Below, piece after piece: positions 18,219-27,982 of a stretch of 44,845 nucleotides of DNA. The DNA is taken from positions 1-44,845 of the forward strand of contig CAZJVP010000003.1 in assembly GCA_964549615.1 (NCBI GenBank). The letters are read 5' to 3'. The notes beneath the pieces are model-generated. The model was given only the letters and a program-made list of their open reading frames with translations. It did no database searches and was not told where the DNA came from. Each line of letters starts with the position of its first letter. Within the stretch, counting starts at the first letter, position 1. The DNA is from an uncultured Thermococci archaeon. Lineage in GTDB: Archaea; CAYQAE01; CAYVLA01. Position numbers and translations under genes: made by a program.

Positions 18219-19213
18219 AGCCTTTGAATCCATTTCTGGGCGTGGTCGCGGTATTGGTCCTCACGCCGCTTGGGTTGTGCGTAGCCACCCCGCAGGGCGA
18301 ACCGTTGACACCCGTCATCATCATCTACTCCGGTTACACCCCAGACTGGGGGAGCCGCCTCGCCGAGATCATCGCGAGCGACCCGCGTTTCGACGCCGAG
18401 GTTCAGGTTGTGGGTGACCGCCTGACCCTTGAGACCCTTGTCAACTTCCCCCGCGTCCAGGCGGTGGTCCTCTGCCCGCTGACCCGCCCCCAGGCGGCGT
18501 TGGAGGACATATCGGAAATGATCATCGCCTACTTCCGGGACGGCGGGGCGGTGATTGGCATGGGCACGGCATGCACATCCCAGTATTGCCCCCGCCTAGG
18601 ACCCGAGGTTTTCTCGATCTCAGGCAACAGGTCCATCACCGCGAAGCTCATCGGGGGAAGGAGGGTGTTCACCTACTATCGGACTGAGGTGATCCCCGAA
18701 ATCAACGGAGACATTCCGGCCGAGAGCTTGCTGTTGGAGGGGTACCTGGCCTTTTACTCAAGCACAGCGGACGGCGTCTACGTGCCGATACAGGCAAATG
18801 GGACAAGGCACGTTCTCTACGAGGGCGAGAAGCACGTTCCGCTCGTGGTCGCCTTCGAACCCGAGCGTGGGGGGGCGTCCGTTGCTTTCCCGGGCTTGAG
18901 CGTTCAAGATACCCCGGGGAAGGAGAACTACTACGAATACCTGCTCGAGAGGCAGGAGTTCAGGCAGCTCTTCCTCAACAGCCTCAAGTGGGCGATAGAC
19001 AGGAGCCCGAGGTTCCAGAACCTGAAGGATACCGCCCCCTCGAGGCTTGAGGCCGAGTCTAGAAGGCGGGCTGATCTGGCAGCTGAGGCGGATCGATTGC
19101 AGAGAAAGATCGAGCGCCGCAGGATAGTACGACTTGCCGTACTTTGGGCAATCGGCCTTGCGTTCTGCGCAGCAGTGGCAATCAAGTTGGTGATCGTTCG
19201 GGATCAGACCTAG
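18215..19213 (+). CDS. Secreted class I glutamine amidotransferase-like fold protein with C-terminal TM anchor
   Basis: Signal peptide, IIAYFRDGGAVIGMG, GGASVAFPG, FLNSLKWA, coiled segment, then a TM helix. Confidence 0.75.
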   Translation: MKPLNPFLGVVAVLVLTPLGLCVATPQGEPLTPVIIIYSGYTPDWGSRLAEIIASDPRFDAEVQVVGDRLTLETLVNFPRVQAVVLCPLTRPQAALEDISEMIIAYFRDGGAVIGMGTACTSQYCPRLGPEVFSISGNRSITAKLIGGRRVFTYYRTEVIPEINGDIPAESLLLEGYLAFYSSTADGVYVPIQANGTRHVLYEGEKHVPLVVAFEPERGGASVAFPGLSVQDTPGKENYYEYLLERQEFRQLFLNSLKWAIDRSPRFQNLKDTAPSRLEAESRRRADLAAEADRLQRKIERRRIVRLAVLWAIGLAFCAAVAIKLVIVRDQT

Positions 19214-19247
19214 GACGTTGTGTGATCGACGATGGGAGTCGAGACCG

Positions 19248-19949
19248 ATGAAAGTCCTGGCGGTTGGGGCGCACCCCGATGACCTCGAGATCCTTTGCGG
19301 AGGCACCCTAGCGCGCTTTTCCCGCGAGGGTCACAGCGTTACCATGGCATACTCATGCAGGGGGGACAAGGGGCACTTCGAGATACCTCCCGACGAACTT
19401 GCGAGGATCAGGGCAAGAGAAGCACGCAATTCTGCCTCCATCATCGGCGCGGAATCGATTGGACTGGGGATCGATGACTTGGAGCTGAGGGTCGAGAGGC
19501 GCTACCTGATGCGTTTCGTCGACCTCATCAGAAGGGTCGAGCCCGACATCATCATCACCCATCACCCCGACGATTACATGCCCGACCACACCATCACCTC
19601 TAGGCTAGTTTTCGACGCCAGCTTCATTGCCACATTGCCGCACACCAAGACCCGGTACCCCGCTTCGCGGAAGATAACGCCCATCTACCACATGGATACG
19701 CTTGCGGGAGTCAGGTTCGAGCCCTGCGAATACGTGGACATCACGGAAACGCTGGAAACCAAGCTCCAAATGCTCCAGAAGCACTCAAGCCAGATCGAGT
19801 GGCTTTCGAAGCACGACGGGATTGACATAGTCGAGTTCGTGAAGGTCGTTGCGCGCTTCCGGGGTCTACAGGCCGGCACCAAATACGCTGAGGGCTTCTG
19901 CGCTGCCCACGCATGGGGGAGGAACGTCGCGAAGAGGTACCTCCCCTAG
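19248..19949 (+). CDS. PIG-L/LmbE family deacetylase
   Basis: AVGAHPDDLE, GGT, RAREA, PDIIITHHPDDYMPDH, HSSQ, YAEGF. Confidence 0.93.
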   Translation: MKVLAVGAHPDDLEILCGGTLARFSREGHSVTMAYSCRGDKGHFEIPPDELARIRAREARNSASIIGAESIGLGIDDLELRVERRYLMRFVDLIRRVEPDIIITHHPDDYMPDHTITSRLVFDASFIATLPHTKTRYPASRKITPIYHMDTLAGVRFEPCEYVDITETLETKLQMLQKHSSQIEWLSKHDGIDIVEFVKVVARFRGLQAGTKYAEGFCAAHAWGRNVAKRYLP

Positions 19950-20062
19950 CACCGGCTAGATGCGTGCTTAGCGAAAGGCGAGCGATCCCGATCCTATCCA
20001 TATGCGGTCGTCCGCGGGGAGCATTTTTCAAAGCAATGGGGAACCGCTTCTGGGTGCCGTCT

Positions 20063-20980
20063 GTGCTAACGAGGAAGACGATGGGCGGGGTGTATGCGCT
20101 TCCTCCGACCCCCTTCGATGCGAGTGGGAGGTTTGATGAGGAACTCATGAGGGCGAACGTCCAGAGGCTGTGCGAGGCAGGCGTGGATGCCATCGTCACG
20201 ACCGGGAGCGTTGGGGAGTTCCACACGATAAGGTGGGAGGACCATAAGAAGCTAATCGAGGTTCTCGTGGACGCCGTGACGGGCAAGACCAAGGCAATCC
20301 CAGGTTGCTCCGGCGTCAACACTGAAGAGGCGATCATGAAGGTGAAGTACGCCCAGGACTGCGGGGCCGACGCCGTGATGAACGTTAGCCCCTACTACGT
20401 CAACCTGACGGAGAACGAACTTTGCGGTTACTGGCGGGACCTCGCCGACGCCTGTCCCGACATCGGGCTCATAGTGTACAACAATCCCCACACCGCACAG
20501 CTCCACACCGTGGAGACCTTCAAGGAGCTTGCCAAGATCCCCTCCATGTGCGGCAGCAAGGAGATCACGACGATCAAGCTCCAGCTAGAGATAATGCGGC
20601 ACACCGACCTGACGCCCATGACGGCGACCGAGCTGGATTACTATGTCCCGACCATGAAGCTGGGCGCCAAAGGCATATTCTCCATGTCAGCTTCGATGTT
20701 TCCGCGCTTCATCGTTAGCATCTACAAAGCGTGCAAAGAGGGCAAGTGGGAAGAAGCCATGAGGATGCAGCACAAGCTGAGGGACGTCTGGGACTTTCTG
20801 GACGGCCTCGCATTTGGCAAGCCGTACGGCCCCATACCCAGGTTCAAGTGCTACGTCAACGCGTTCGGCGTTCTGAACTGCGGGATCCCGAGAAAGCCCT
20901 TCATCCCGGTCCCCCAGGACATCCAGGCCAAGTACCGCGAAGAGTTGAAAGCCAAGTTCCCAGAACTCTTTGAGGCCTAG
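20063..20980 (+). CDS. Dihydrodipicolinate synthase family aldolase/lyase
   Basis: PPTPF, GSVGEF, IVYNNP, Schiff-base GSKE. Start GTG 20063 or ATG 20081. Confidence 0.9.
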   Translation: MLTRKTMGGVYALPPTPFDASGRFDEELMRANVQRLCEAGVDAIVTTGSVGEFHTIRWEDHKKLIEVLVDAVTGKTKAIPGCSGVNTEEAIMKVKYAQDCGADAVMNVSPYYVNLTENELCGYWRDLADACPDIGLIVYNNPHTAQLHTVETFKELAKIPSMCGSKEITTIKLQLEIMRHTDLTPMTATELDYYVPTMKLGAKGIFSMSASMFPRFIVSIYKACKEGKWEEAMRMQHKLRDVWDFLDGLAFGKPYGPIPRFKCYVNAFGVLNCGIPRKPFIPVPQDIQAKYREELKAKFPELFEA

Positions 20981-20995
20981 GCGCAGGTCCCTACT

Positions 20996-21676
20996 TTGAT
21001 CCAAAAAAGGAATCCCTTGAATCAGGCACGGGCAGGCATCTCAGCGCCCGCGGGGCTTGACGGAACCTCCCTAGGACGCTTCTCGCTCACTCTTCGCAAC
21101 CTAAGGCGTGGCAGGTCACGCGGGGAGGTTCGCTTCGACCTTTACCTGAAAGGCGCCGGGCGCCTATACGAGCCCCCCGTCATATCGGCACTTCACTTCG
21201 CCGGCATGGGCAGATGGTACCGTCCCTGGATCGAGGTTGCGTACGAGAACCGGCTCTCCTCAAAGGAGGCAAGCGTCGATCTTGAAGGGACGCCTGAGGA
21301 GGAAGAGCTCTTCAAAGTGCTCTGCGGGCTGTTGGTCCCCGGCGCGCATATCATGGTGAAATACCACAACCACCCGATCACGGCAGCGGCGCTGCTCTTC
21401 GGCATCCCACCTCCCGCAACGCCAATCGGCTACCTGCTCTACGTTGGGGGATGCCGCTGGTACAAGGACTGGTACTTCGCGGAGGGATTCAAGGAGGGAG
21501 AGGAGAAACTCCAGGCGACGATGCCCCTCGACTCCGAGCGGAGGCAGGCGAGGACAATCGAGATAAGGCGAGAGCTCCAGGCCTACTTGCACAGCCAGCC
21601 TGATCCCTCAAAGGCGCAGATGGAGGAGATCTGCAGGGGCCTAGCTCGGAAGATACTGCAGATGCGGGAAAACTGA
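20996..21676 (+). CDS. DUF1122 family protein
   Basis: G.GRWYRPWIEV, GIPPPATPIGYLL..GCRWYKDWYFAEGFKEGEEKLQA. Confidence 0.8.
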   Translation: MIQKRNPLNQARAGISAPAGLDGTSLGRFSLTLRNLRRGRSRGEVRFDLYLKGAGRLYEPPVISALHFAGMGRWYRPWIEVAYENRLSSKEASVDLEGTPEEEELFKVLCGLLVPGAHIMVKYHNHPITAAALLFGIPPPATPIGYLLYVGGCRWYKDWYFAEGFKEGEEKLQATMPLDSERRQARTIEIRRELQAYLHSQPDPSKAQMEEICRGLARKILQMREN

Positions 21677-21694
21677 TGCGGGAAAACTGATGCG
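21661..21694. repeat. 14-bp tandem repeat GATGCGGGAAAACT x2.4
   Basis: Exact copies at 21661-21674 and 21675-21688, plus a partial third copy. Confidence 0.9.
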
Positions 21695-21814
21695 AAAAGC
21701 GGGTTGGCTTGCTTGGCTATCCTTCGACATCCGGTTCGGAAGGCCCAACCTCTGCCCGATTGGCAAGGAGGCCGGGTCTCAAGCCTTCGCGCCACCCATC
21801 AGGGTAGGTAAGAC

Positions 21815-22813
21815 CTACTCGTACGGAACCTTCTCCATCTGACCGCTCTTCCAGGATTTCTCTGCGGTCTCCATCACCGCTATGACCCGTCGTCCCTCCT
21901 CGGGCTTGACGGCCAGCTCCTTGCCCTTGTTGAGATGCTCGGAGATGTTCCTGTAATAAGCATCCCAGTCGGACTCCCTGTATCTCACCTGCATCTCGGC
22001 AGGGATGTCCCTGATGAAGGTTCCAACCTTGAACGACTTCTCGGGTCCGTCAACGATGGCACCCTTGGTGCCAAGGATCCTCCAACGCGGCTTGCCGATG
22101 CGCGCTATCTGAGAGATCTGAAAGTCCGCCACTGCGCCAGATTTGAAACGAATTATGGCCCGGGCATCGTCTTCGTTCGTCACGTCCTTCCATACGAGCT
22201 TCTGGGAGAACCCGACTACCCCCTCCATGCGGTCCGGCACGAGGTTGAGGATCCAGTCTATGAAGTGCGCTCCCCAGTCGTACATCAGCCCGCCGGATAT
22301 GCTTTTGTCAGATCGCCACCAGTACCCGGGATGGCCGTACCCTCCAGCGAAGGCCTCTATCTGGTAGACCTTTCCGATCAGCCCCTTGTCGATGATGTCC
22401 TTGAGGGTCATGAAGTCGCCGTCCCAGCGCCGGTTGTGAAACACGGACAGCATGACGCGCGACCTGCGCGCAGCCTCGATCATCTGGGTAGCTTCCTCGA
22501 CGGTTATGCACATCGGCTTCTCCACGATGACGTGTTTGCCGGCCTCAAGACACTTGATCGCCAAAGGGGCGTGCGTGTTGTGAGGGGTCACGATGGTCAC
22601 GAGGTCGAAATCCTCCTCGATGAGGTCCTCGACTCGATTGAACGTCTGTATGCCAGGAAAATCCTGCTGGGCTGCTTGCGTCCTTTTCTCGTCGATGTCG
22701 CAGACCCCGAAAAGCTCCAGCCCCTTGGTTTTCTGGAACCACGTGGCATGCGCCTTGCCCATGTTGAACGCCGCACCATAGCCGATCACGGCACACCGTA
22801 TCGTCATGCTCAC
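21815..22813 (-). CDS. Gfo/Idh/MocA family oxidoreductase
   Basis: VIGYG, TPHNTH, GKHVIVEKPM, FHNRRWD, GGLMYDWGAHFID. Confidence 0.93.
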   Translation of the reverse strand: MSMTIRCAVIGYGAAFNMGKAHATWFQKTKGLELFGVCDIDEKRTQAAQQDFPGIQTFNRVEDLIEEDFDLVTIVTPHNTHAPLAIKCLEAGKHVIVEKPMCITVEEATQMIEAARRSRVMLSVFHNRRWDGDFMTLKDIIDKGLIGKVYQIEAFAGGYGHPGYWWRSDKSISGGLMYDWGAHFIDWILNLVPDRMEGVVGFSQKLVWKDVTNEDDARAIIRFKSGAVADFQISQIARIGKPRWRILGTKGAIVDGPEKSFKVGTFIRDIPAEMQVRYRESDWDAYYRNISEHLNKGKELAVKPEEGRRVIAVMETAEKSWKSGQMEKVPYE

Positions 22814-22879
22814 ATCTCCGGGCCGCGGAGAAGCGCTTTGCGCTCCCTCTTAAATGTCCTCGGAGCCGGGGCGCTGGCA

Positions 22880-24127
22880 CTACGCCGGCAAGAGCTTCGT
22901 TTCGCCGACCTCCCTGTACAGCCTGCGACGAACCATGATCGTCCACAGGACGAAACCACAAACCATGCCGGTGGAAGCCACTACCAGCCATTCGGTGAGA
23001 TACACCCAGAGAAGAGCCTCGTCCCTGAGCTCGTACGCCCTCTTGAAGGCGGAATCCAGCATCCTCAGCGCCCTCATCTCCCCTTCGATGCATTTGTCGA
23101 TTTCGCCGTCCAAGTAGAAACGGTCTGCCTGGGATCTTGCCTGTTGCGCTTCTGCCAGCATCCTCTCAACAGGAACCACGTTCGCGCCAAACTTTGAGAC
23201 GAAGTCTAGGGTGCCCTCGAGGGTCTGGCGCTGGTTTCGGTAGTTTTCCATCAGGCGGCGAGCCTCGTAGGTCGCTAATGGATCCTCAGGTATCCTACCG
23301 CCGGTAACGTAGATGGCCAGGTTCAGGGCGTAGTTGCCATAGTGGGGCCACCTGAGGAAGTTCGTTCCCCCCGCTGGAGTCCAGTCGGCCGTCATTGCGT
23401 ACGAGGAGCCATTGCCAACGTCCCAGAAGCACAGCAGCGGGTACTGCAAGGGCTTGAAGAGCACGGAGTAGAATGCGAGCGGAGCGACGCCTTCCCTCAA
23501 CGCAACGATGTTGCACCCAAAGAAGATGCCCATCGGGCCGAGCTCATCGAAGGGAAGGGACTTCACGAAGACGTTTTCGGGCTGAGAGATCTCCATCCGA
23601 CCCTCTCGACTTTCCCATTTCTCGGGCAAGCATATCACCGGCAGCACATCCGCCACCGCCGTGTCACCCCAGGACCCGGGATAGTTCGGGACGGCGCCGA
23701 ACGTTTCCAGCCCGCCGATCATGACCAGTCCAAGCCCGCTACGGACGACCGCGTCGCGGAACCAGTTGAAGTACTCGGCTCTGAAGGATTGTACGTTCGC
23801 ATCGCTCACGATGATCATGTCGAACCCGGAGCGCAGCTCGGCCTCCGTTCGGGGCATATATGCCCGCATGTGCCTTCGTATCACCTCCGTGGAGTCGTGG
23901 AAGCCCGACGCCCTTATGGGCAGAATCGTGGTGAGTGGATCATTCGCGTACACGGGGTATGGGCTCGGGCCGGCAAACGCATCACCGAAGTAGAGTATCC
24001 GGATCCGGCCGGTTGACGGATCTCTCCGGTTTTCCCTGCACGATGCGGCATCGAAGGACAACCCTCCAAGGACGCCGACGACCAACGGCACGACGAGGGT
24101 GGATTTGGACAGCAATCCAGCCCGCAA
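22880..24127 (-). CDS. Membrane-anchored GATase1-like domain protein (paralog of 43531-44760)
   Basis: N-terminal hydrophobic segment, GLGLVMIGG..SWGDTAVADVLPV, helical stalk, C-terminal TM followed by RRRLY. Start may be TTG 24115. Confidence 0.82.
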   Translation of the reverse strand: MRAGLLSKSTLVVPLVVGVLGGLSFDAASCRENRRDPSTGRIRILYFGDAFAGPSPYPVYANDPLTTILPIRASGFHDSTEVIRRHMRAYMPRTEAELRSGFDMIIVSDANVQSFRAEYFNWFRDAVVRSGLGLVMIGGLETFGAVPNYPGSWGDTAVADVLPVICLPEKWESREGRMEISQPENVFVKSLPFDELGPMGIFFGCNIVALREGVAPLAFYSVLFKPLQYPLLCFWDVGNGSSYAMTADWTPAGGTNFLRWPHYGNYALNLAIYVTGGRIPEDPLATYEARRLMENYRNQRQTLEGTLDFVSKFGANVVPVERMLAEAQQARSQADRFYLDGEIDKCIEGEMRALRMLDSAFKRAYELRDEALLWVYLTEWLVVASTGMVCGFVLWTIMVRRRLYREVGETKLLPA

Positions 24128-24140
24128 CTCTGCGTGTGTG

Positions 24141-24148
24141 ATTTAAAT
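24141..24148. promoter_or_regulatory. Bidirectional TATA-like box ATTTAAAT
   Basis: Palindromic AT box between divergent genes. Confidence 0.55.
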
Positions 24149-24185
24149 CCTTCGCGGTCCCCGTGACGCGCTGCGTGGTGTCGGC

Positions 24186-25106
24186 ATGCGTTTGGCCAAG
24201 GTTTGCAGCATATCCCTGCCCGGCATGGGGCCTTGCGAGGACCGCCTCACGAAGGTCCTGGACAGGGCCTCCAAATGGATCGACCTTGCGGCAAGGGATG
24301 AGCCGGACATAATCTGTCTGCCCGAGACGGTAAACGGCCTCGGGCTTTGCGGCAAGGCCTGGGCCGGATGCGCCGAGCCCGTGCCGGGGCCTACCACCGA
24401 GATGGCCTCCAGGATGTCAAAGGAGCACTCAACGTACATCGTCTGCCCTATAGTTCGCCGCGACTCCGACGGCCTGCATAACAGCGCCTTGCTCTACGAC
24501 CGCTCCGGTGAACTGGCTGCAACCTACGATAAGGTTCACCCCACGATTTGGGAGATCGAGGATGGGATAATTCCGGGGGAGCGTGGTTTGGTCTACGACA
24601 CGGACTTCGGGACGATAGGCTTTGCCATTTGCTTCGATCTCAACTTCCGCGACCTCAGAGACTTCTATGGGCAAGCGGGAGCGGAGATCATCTTCTTCCC
24701 TTCAATGTACCGGGGCGGAATCCAGCTGAGGTTGTGGGCATTCGAACTCGGCTGCTACATGGTTTCAGCCACCCCCGGAGAGATGAGCGCCATAGTCAAT
24801 CCGCTGGGCAGAATCCTTGCGGAGTCATACGAGTACAACCGGATAATCTCGCGCCAGATCAACCTCGACTGCCGGGTACTCCATCTGGACTTCAACTCGG
24901 AGAAGCTGGAGGCCATCAAGAAGGCGTACGGTGCCCGTGTGGAGTTCGAGGTCGCAAGCCCTGAAGGGGTCTTCCTGCTGATATCCAATGACACCAAGAC
25001 CTCCGACGATGTCATGAGCGAGTTCGACTTGGAGACAAGAACCAACTACTTCCGCCGAGCCGAGAGAATCCGCGACCGTGCTCTGAAGGAAAGGCGAAAT
25101 CCCTGA
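24186..25106 (+). CDS. Carbon-nitrogen hydrolase (nitrilase superfamily)
   Basis: E-K-C triad motifs DIICLPE, YDKVHP, ICFD. Confidence 0.92.
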   Translation: MRLAKVCSISLPGMGPCEDRLTKVLDRASKWIDLAARDEPDIICLPETVNGLGLCGKAWAGCAEPVPGPTTEMASRMSKEHSTYIVCPIVRRDSDGLHNSALLYDRSGELAATYDKVHPTIWEIEDGIIPGERGLVYDTDFGTIGFAICFDLNFRDLRDFYGQAGAEIIFFPSMYRGGIQLRLWAFELGCYMVSATPGEMSAIVNPLGRILAESYEYNRIISRQINLDCRVLHLDFNSEKLEAIKKAYGARVEFEVASPEGVFLLISNDTKTSDDVMSEFDLETRTNYFRRAERIRDRALKERRNP

Positions 25107-25344
25107 CTGTAATCGCTGCGGGCACCACGGGCCTTCGCTGGGCGGGGAACTTTGCTGGTTGCAGTGGTTTTGACCCAAAGGCGTCACGATCACCAAGATC
25201 GGCGCGCCAGACTTTGATCTGGCTTAACTACGTCCCGTGATCTTGGGGGAGTTCCTTGGAATCGTCAACGCGCAATACCGGTGGAGGAAGACGGAAACCG
25301 GAAGGCGCGTAAGAACTTTAAGCGTGAGCCTTATCCTCCTACGA

Positions 25345-26544
25345 GTGCAGGTACCGAGCACGAGCCATAACCTCGCGATACTTCTCGCTGCATCGGCGAT
25401 ATTCGGACTTTCCGTTGGGGCCTACGACGTCCTGTTTCCCTACTACCTGGACCATATCGGCGTAAGCTTCGAAAGCATGGGAATCATCTTCTCTCTCGCT
25501 GCGCTCGTGATCGCGGTGGCAAGCGTCTACATCGCCAGCGCATCCGATTCTAGGGGAAGGAAGTGGTCGTACTCCCTCGGGATCGTGTTGGGCTCCTTGT
25601 CCTCCAGCATGGTCCCCTTGTCGCGGGCCTTGCCCGTTCTCGCCATGGCCAAGACGTTCCGTGAAGCAGCCACTCGCTTCAGGGAGTGTCTGCACGGAGT
25701 GCTGATCTTCGAGTTCGCGCGCTCGAGATTCACCGATTTCTTCGCCAAATCCAGGGGACTGGAATACCTATCCGAAGGATCCGGCCAGTTGGTAGCGGGT
25801 CTCATCCTTGCGGCCTTTGGGTTCTTGGGTTCCTTCCAGTTGATGGGCCTTCTCTTACTTGGCTCCCTGTCGATCTTCTACATAGGCTTTGATGAGACCA
25901 GACAGCCAACCCTCGGCCGGGAGCGCCCGGGCCTGCGTGAGACCTATTCCCTGAGCATCCCCGGTCCGCTGAAGCTGCTAGCGATCTCGAGCTTGCTCTT
26001 CTCCGTCGGACTAAGCACCAGCCACAACTTCATCATGCCGCTCTTCTTCTCGAAGAAGTTCGGGGCCACCGTCGGCCAAGTCTCTCTCATCCTGGGTCTG
26101 CATCGGCTTTCCCTCGCGCTCCCCCTTTTCTTTTCGGGAACGATCATGAGGCGGTCCCTGAGGAAGATCATCATCCTCTCCTTGATCTACGAGGGGACGG
26201 CAATCTCCATCACCGGATTGGCACCAGGGCTTGTAGCCTCCACGACCATCTGGTTAACCCACGACATTCTTGGCGCATCACTCTGGATACCGGCCCAGGC
26301 CGTGCTTATCCAGCATTACGCCAGAGACCAGATCAGAGGTAGGGACGTCTCCAAGGTGGCGGCCATAGGGGCTTTGGGGTACATATTCGGCCCGGTGATC
26401 GCCGGCTGGACCTCATCGATATCGATCAGCGCGCCCTTCATCCTGAGCGGGATCGTGGTTGCTGCGTCGGGGATTCCACTCCTTCCCCTGAGGGAGCCTT
26501 CCCTCGAGGAGAAGGACGCCCTGCTTGCCCGAGCGCCAGCCTAG
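25345..26544 (+). CDS. MFS transporter
   Basis: About 12 TM segments, SDSRGRK motif A. Start inferred from TATA-like AACTTTAA near 25313. Confidence 0.88.
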   Translation: MQVPSTSHNLAILLAASAIFGLSVGAYDVLFPYYLDHIGVSFESMGIIFSLAALVIAVASVYIASASDSRGRKWSYSLGIVLGSLSSSMVPLSRALPVLAMAKTFREAATRFRECLHGVLIFEFARSRFTDFFAKSRGLEYLSEGSGQLVAGLILAAFGFLGSFQLMGLLLLGSLSIFYIGFDETRQPTLGRERPGLRETYSLSIPGPLKLLAISSLLFSVGLSTSHNFIMPLFFSKKFGATVGQVSLILGLHRLSLALPLFFSGTIMRRSLRKIIILSLIYEGTAISITGLAPGLVASTTIWLTHDILGASLWIPAQAVLIQHYARDQIRGRDVSKVAAIGALGYIFGPVIAGWTSSISISAPFILSGIVVAASGIPLLPLREPSLEEKDALLARAPA

Positions 26545-26630
26545 ACGGCGTCCATAGGCCTTGCCCCGACCTTTTCCCAGGAAAGCTTGATTAACCACCG
26601 AGAAATCGATTGCCGAGAGAGGAGATCAGG

Positions 26631-27914
26631 TTGGCCGAGAAGCTGGCGATAAAGGGCGGCCCCAAAGCGGTGACCGAGCCTTGGCCGTCATGGCCGATCC
26701 TCACCAAGAGGGACGAAGAGGTTGTGCTTGAAGCTCTGAGAGGAACCGGAACGGACGTTGTTGCGCCGGGCGGCGTGATCGGGGCATTTGAGGCAGCTCT
26801 GGCGCAGTACCAAGGCTCCAAGTTCGCAGTGGCCACCAACGGCGGAACCCAGGCATTGGATCTTGCAGTCGCAGTATCCGGCGCTGGACCAGGGGACGAG
26901 GTCATATGCACCCCATACTCCTGGGGCGCATCCGTCGCGTGCGTCCTGCACAACAATGCAATCCCAATCTTTGCAGACATAGACAAGACGCTCAACCTTG
27001 ACCCCGACAGCGTCAACGAGAGGATAACCAAGAGAACCAGGGCCATAGTCGTGGTACACATCTACGGACAGCCGGCGGAGATGAAGCCGTTGGTGGAGAT
27101 CGCCCACGACAACAACCTCGTCCTCATCGAGGATGCTGCGCAGGCCATGGGCGCAACCTACAGGGGAAAGAAGGTGGGGAGCATCGGGGATATCGGCTGT
27201 TTCTCGTTCCAGGCATCAAAGCACGTCCCGGCATTGGAGGGCGGGGGCCTCGTGACGGACAACGAGGACTACTACCAGCACGCCCTGATTCTGGCGATGC
27301 ACCCGCGCAGGCAGGAGGCGCAGGTCGGGGCAGCCGGATACAGACGTTACATAGACAGCTCAGCCTACAATTTCAGAATCCATCCACTTGCAGCCGCGCT
27401 GGCAAAGGAGAGGCTCGGAAAGATCGATGAGCTGAACGCGGCTAGGGAGAAGAACTGCACCTACCTCAACGGAAAGTTGAAGGGGCTCCCCGGCATCAGG
27501 CCTACATATGTCGGTCCCCATCGCACGCATACCTACCACATGGTGGCGCTGTCCTACGTTAAGAAGGAGCTGGGCGGGTTGCCAAGGGAGAATTTCATCC
27601 AAGCCATGCGGGCCGAAGGCCTAGGCATCGGCCACTACGTGGGAGTGCCCATCCACCTCAGGCCCAGGTTCCAAGACCACTACTACTACGGGAAGGGATG
27701 CCCCTGGACCTGCCCGTTTGCGGACCGTCTGGTAACCTACAAGGAGGGTGACTGCCCGGTAGCGGAGAACGTGTGCAAGGAAACGGGCCTCACGTTCTAC
27801 ACCGGGGGCCTGGCAGTTGAGTGCAAGAAGCTGCTGGATCAGATTGCCTATGCTTTCGAGAAGGTAACGTCCCAGCCCGAGGAGATAATGAAGTTGCCCG
27901 AGAAACCCGCCTGA
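26631..27914 (+). CDS. DegT/DnrJ/EryC1/StrS PLP aminotransferase
   Basis: KLAIKGG, NGGTQAL, GPGDEVI, VVHIYG, IEDAAQAMG, FSFQASKH. Confidence 0.93.
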   Translation: MAEKLAIKGGPKAVTEPWPSWPILTKRDEEVVLEALRGTGTDVVAPGGVIGAFEAALAQYQGSKFAVATNGGTQALDLAVAVSGAGPGDEVICTPYSWGASVACVLHNNAIPIFADIDKTLNLDPDSVNERITKRTRAIVVVHIYGQPAEMKPLVEIAHDNNLVLIEDAAQAMGATYRGKKVGSIGDIGCFSFQASKHVPALEGGGLVTDNEDYYQHALILAMHPRRQEAQVGAAGYRRYIDSSAYNFRIHPLAAALAKERLGKIDELNAAREKNCTYLNGKLKGLPGIRPTYVGPHRTHTYHMVALSYVKKELGGLPRENFIQAMRAEGLGIGHYVGVPIHLRPRFQDHYYYGKGCPWTCPFADRLVTYKEGDCPVAENVCKETGLTFYTGGLAVECKKLLDQIAYAFEKVTSQPEEIMKLPEKPA

Positions 27915-27982
27915 GGGGAGGTCGCTCGGTCAAGCGGCGAACCCCTCACTCCGGGATGGGAGGAATATCATAGCGTTACGAT

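Noticed and set aside
21935-23197. 420-aa plus-strand ORF
   Set aside because: It is antisense to the Gfo/Idh/MocA gene and has no recognisable motifs.
25107-25344. Possible gene remnant or ncRNA upstream of the MFS gene
   Set aside because: It is interrupted by stops and shows no recognisable family or convincing structure.
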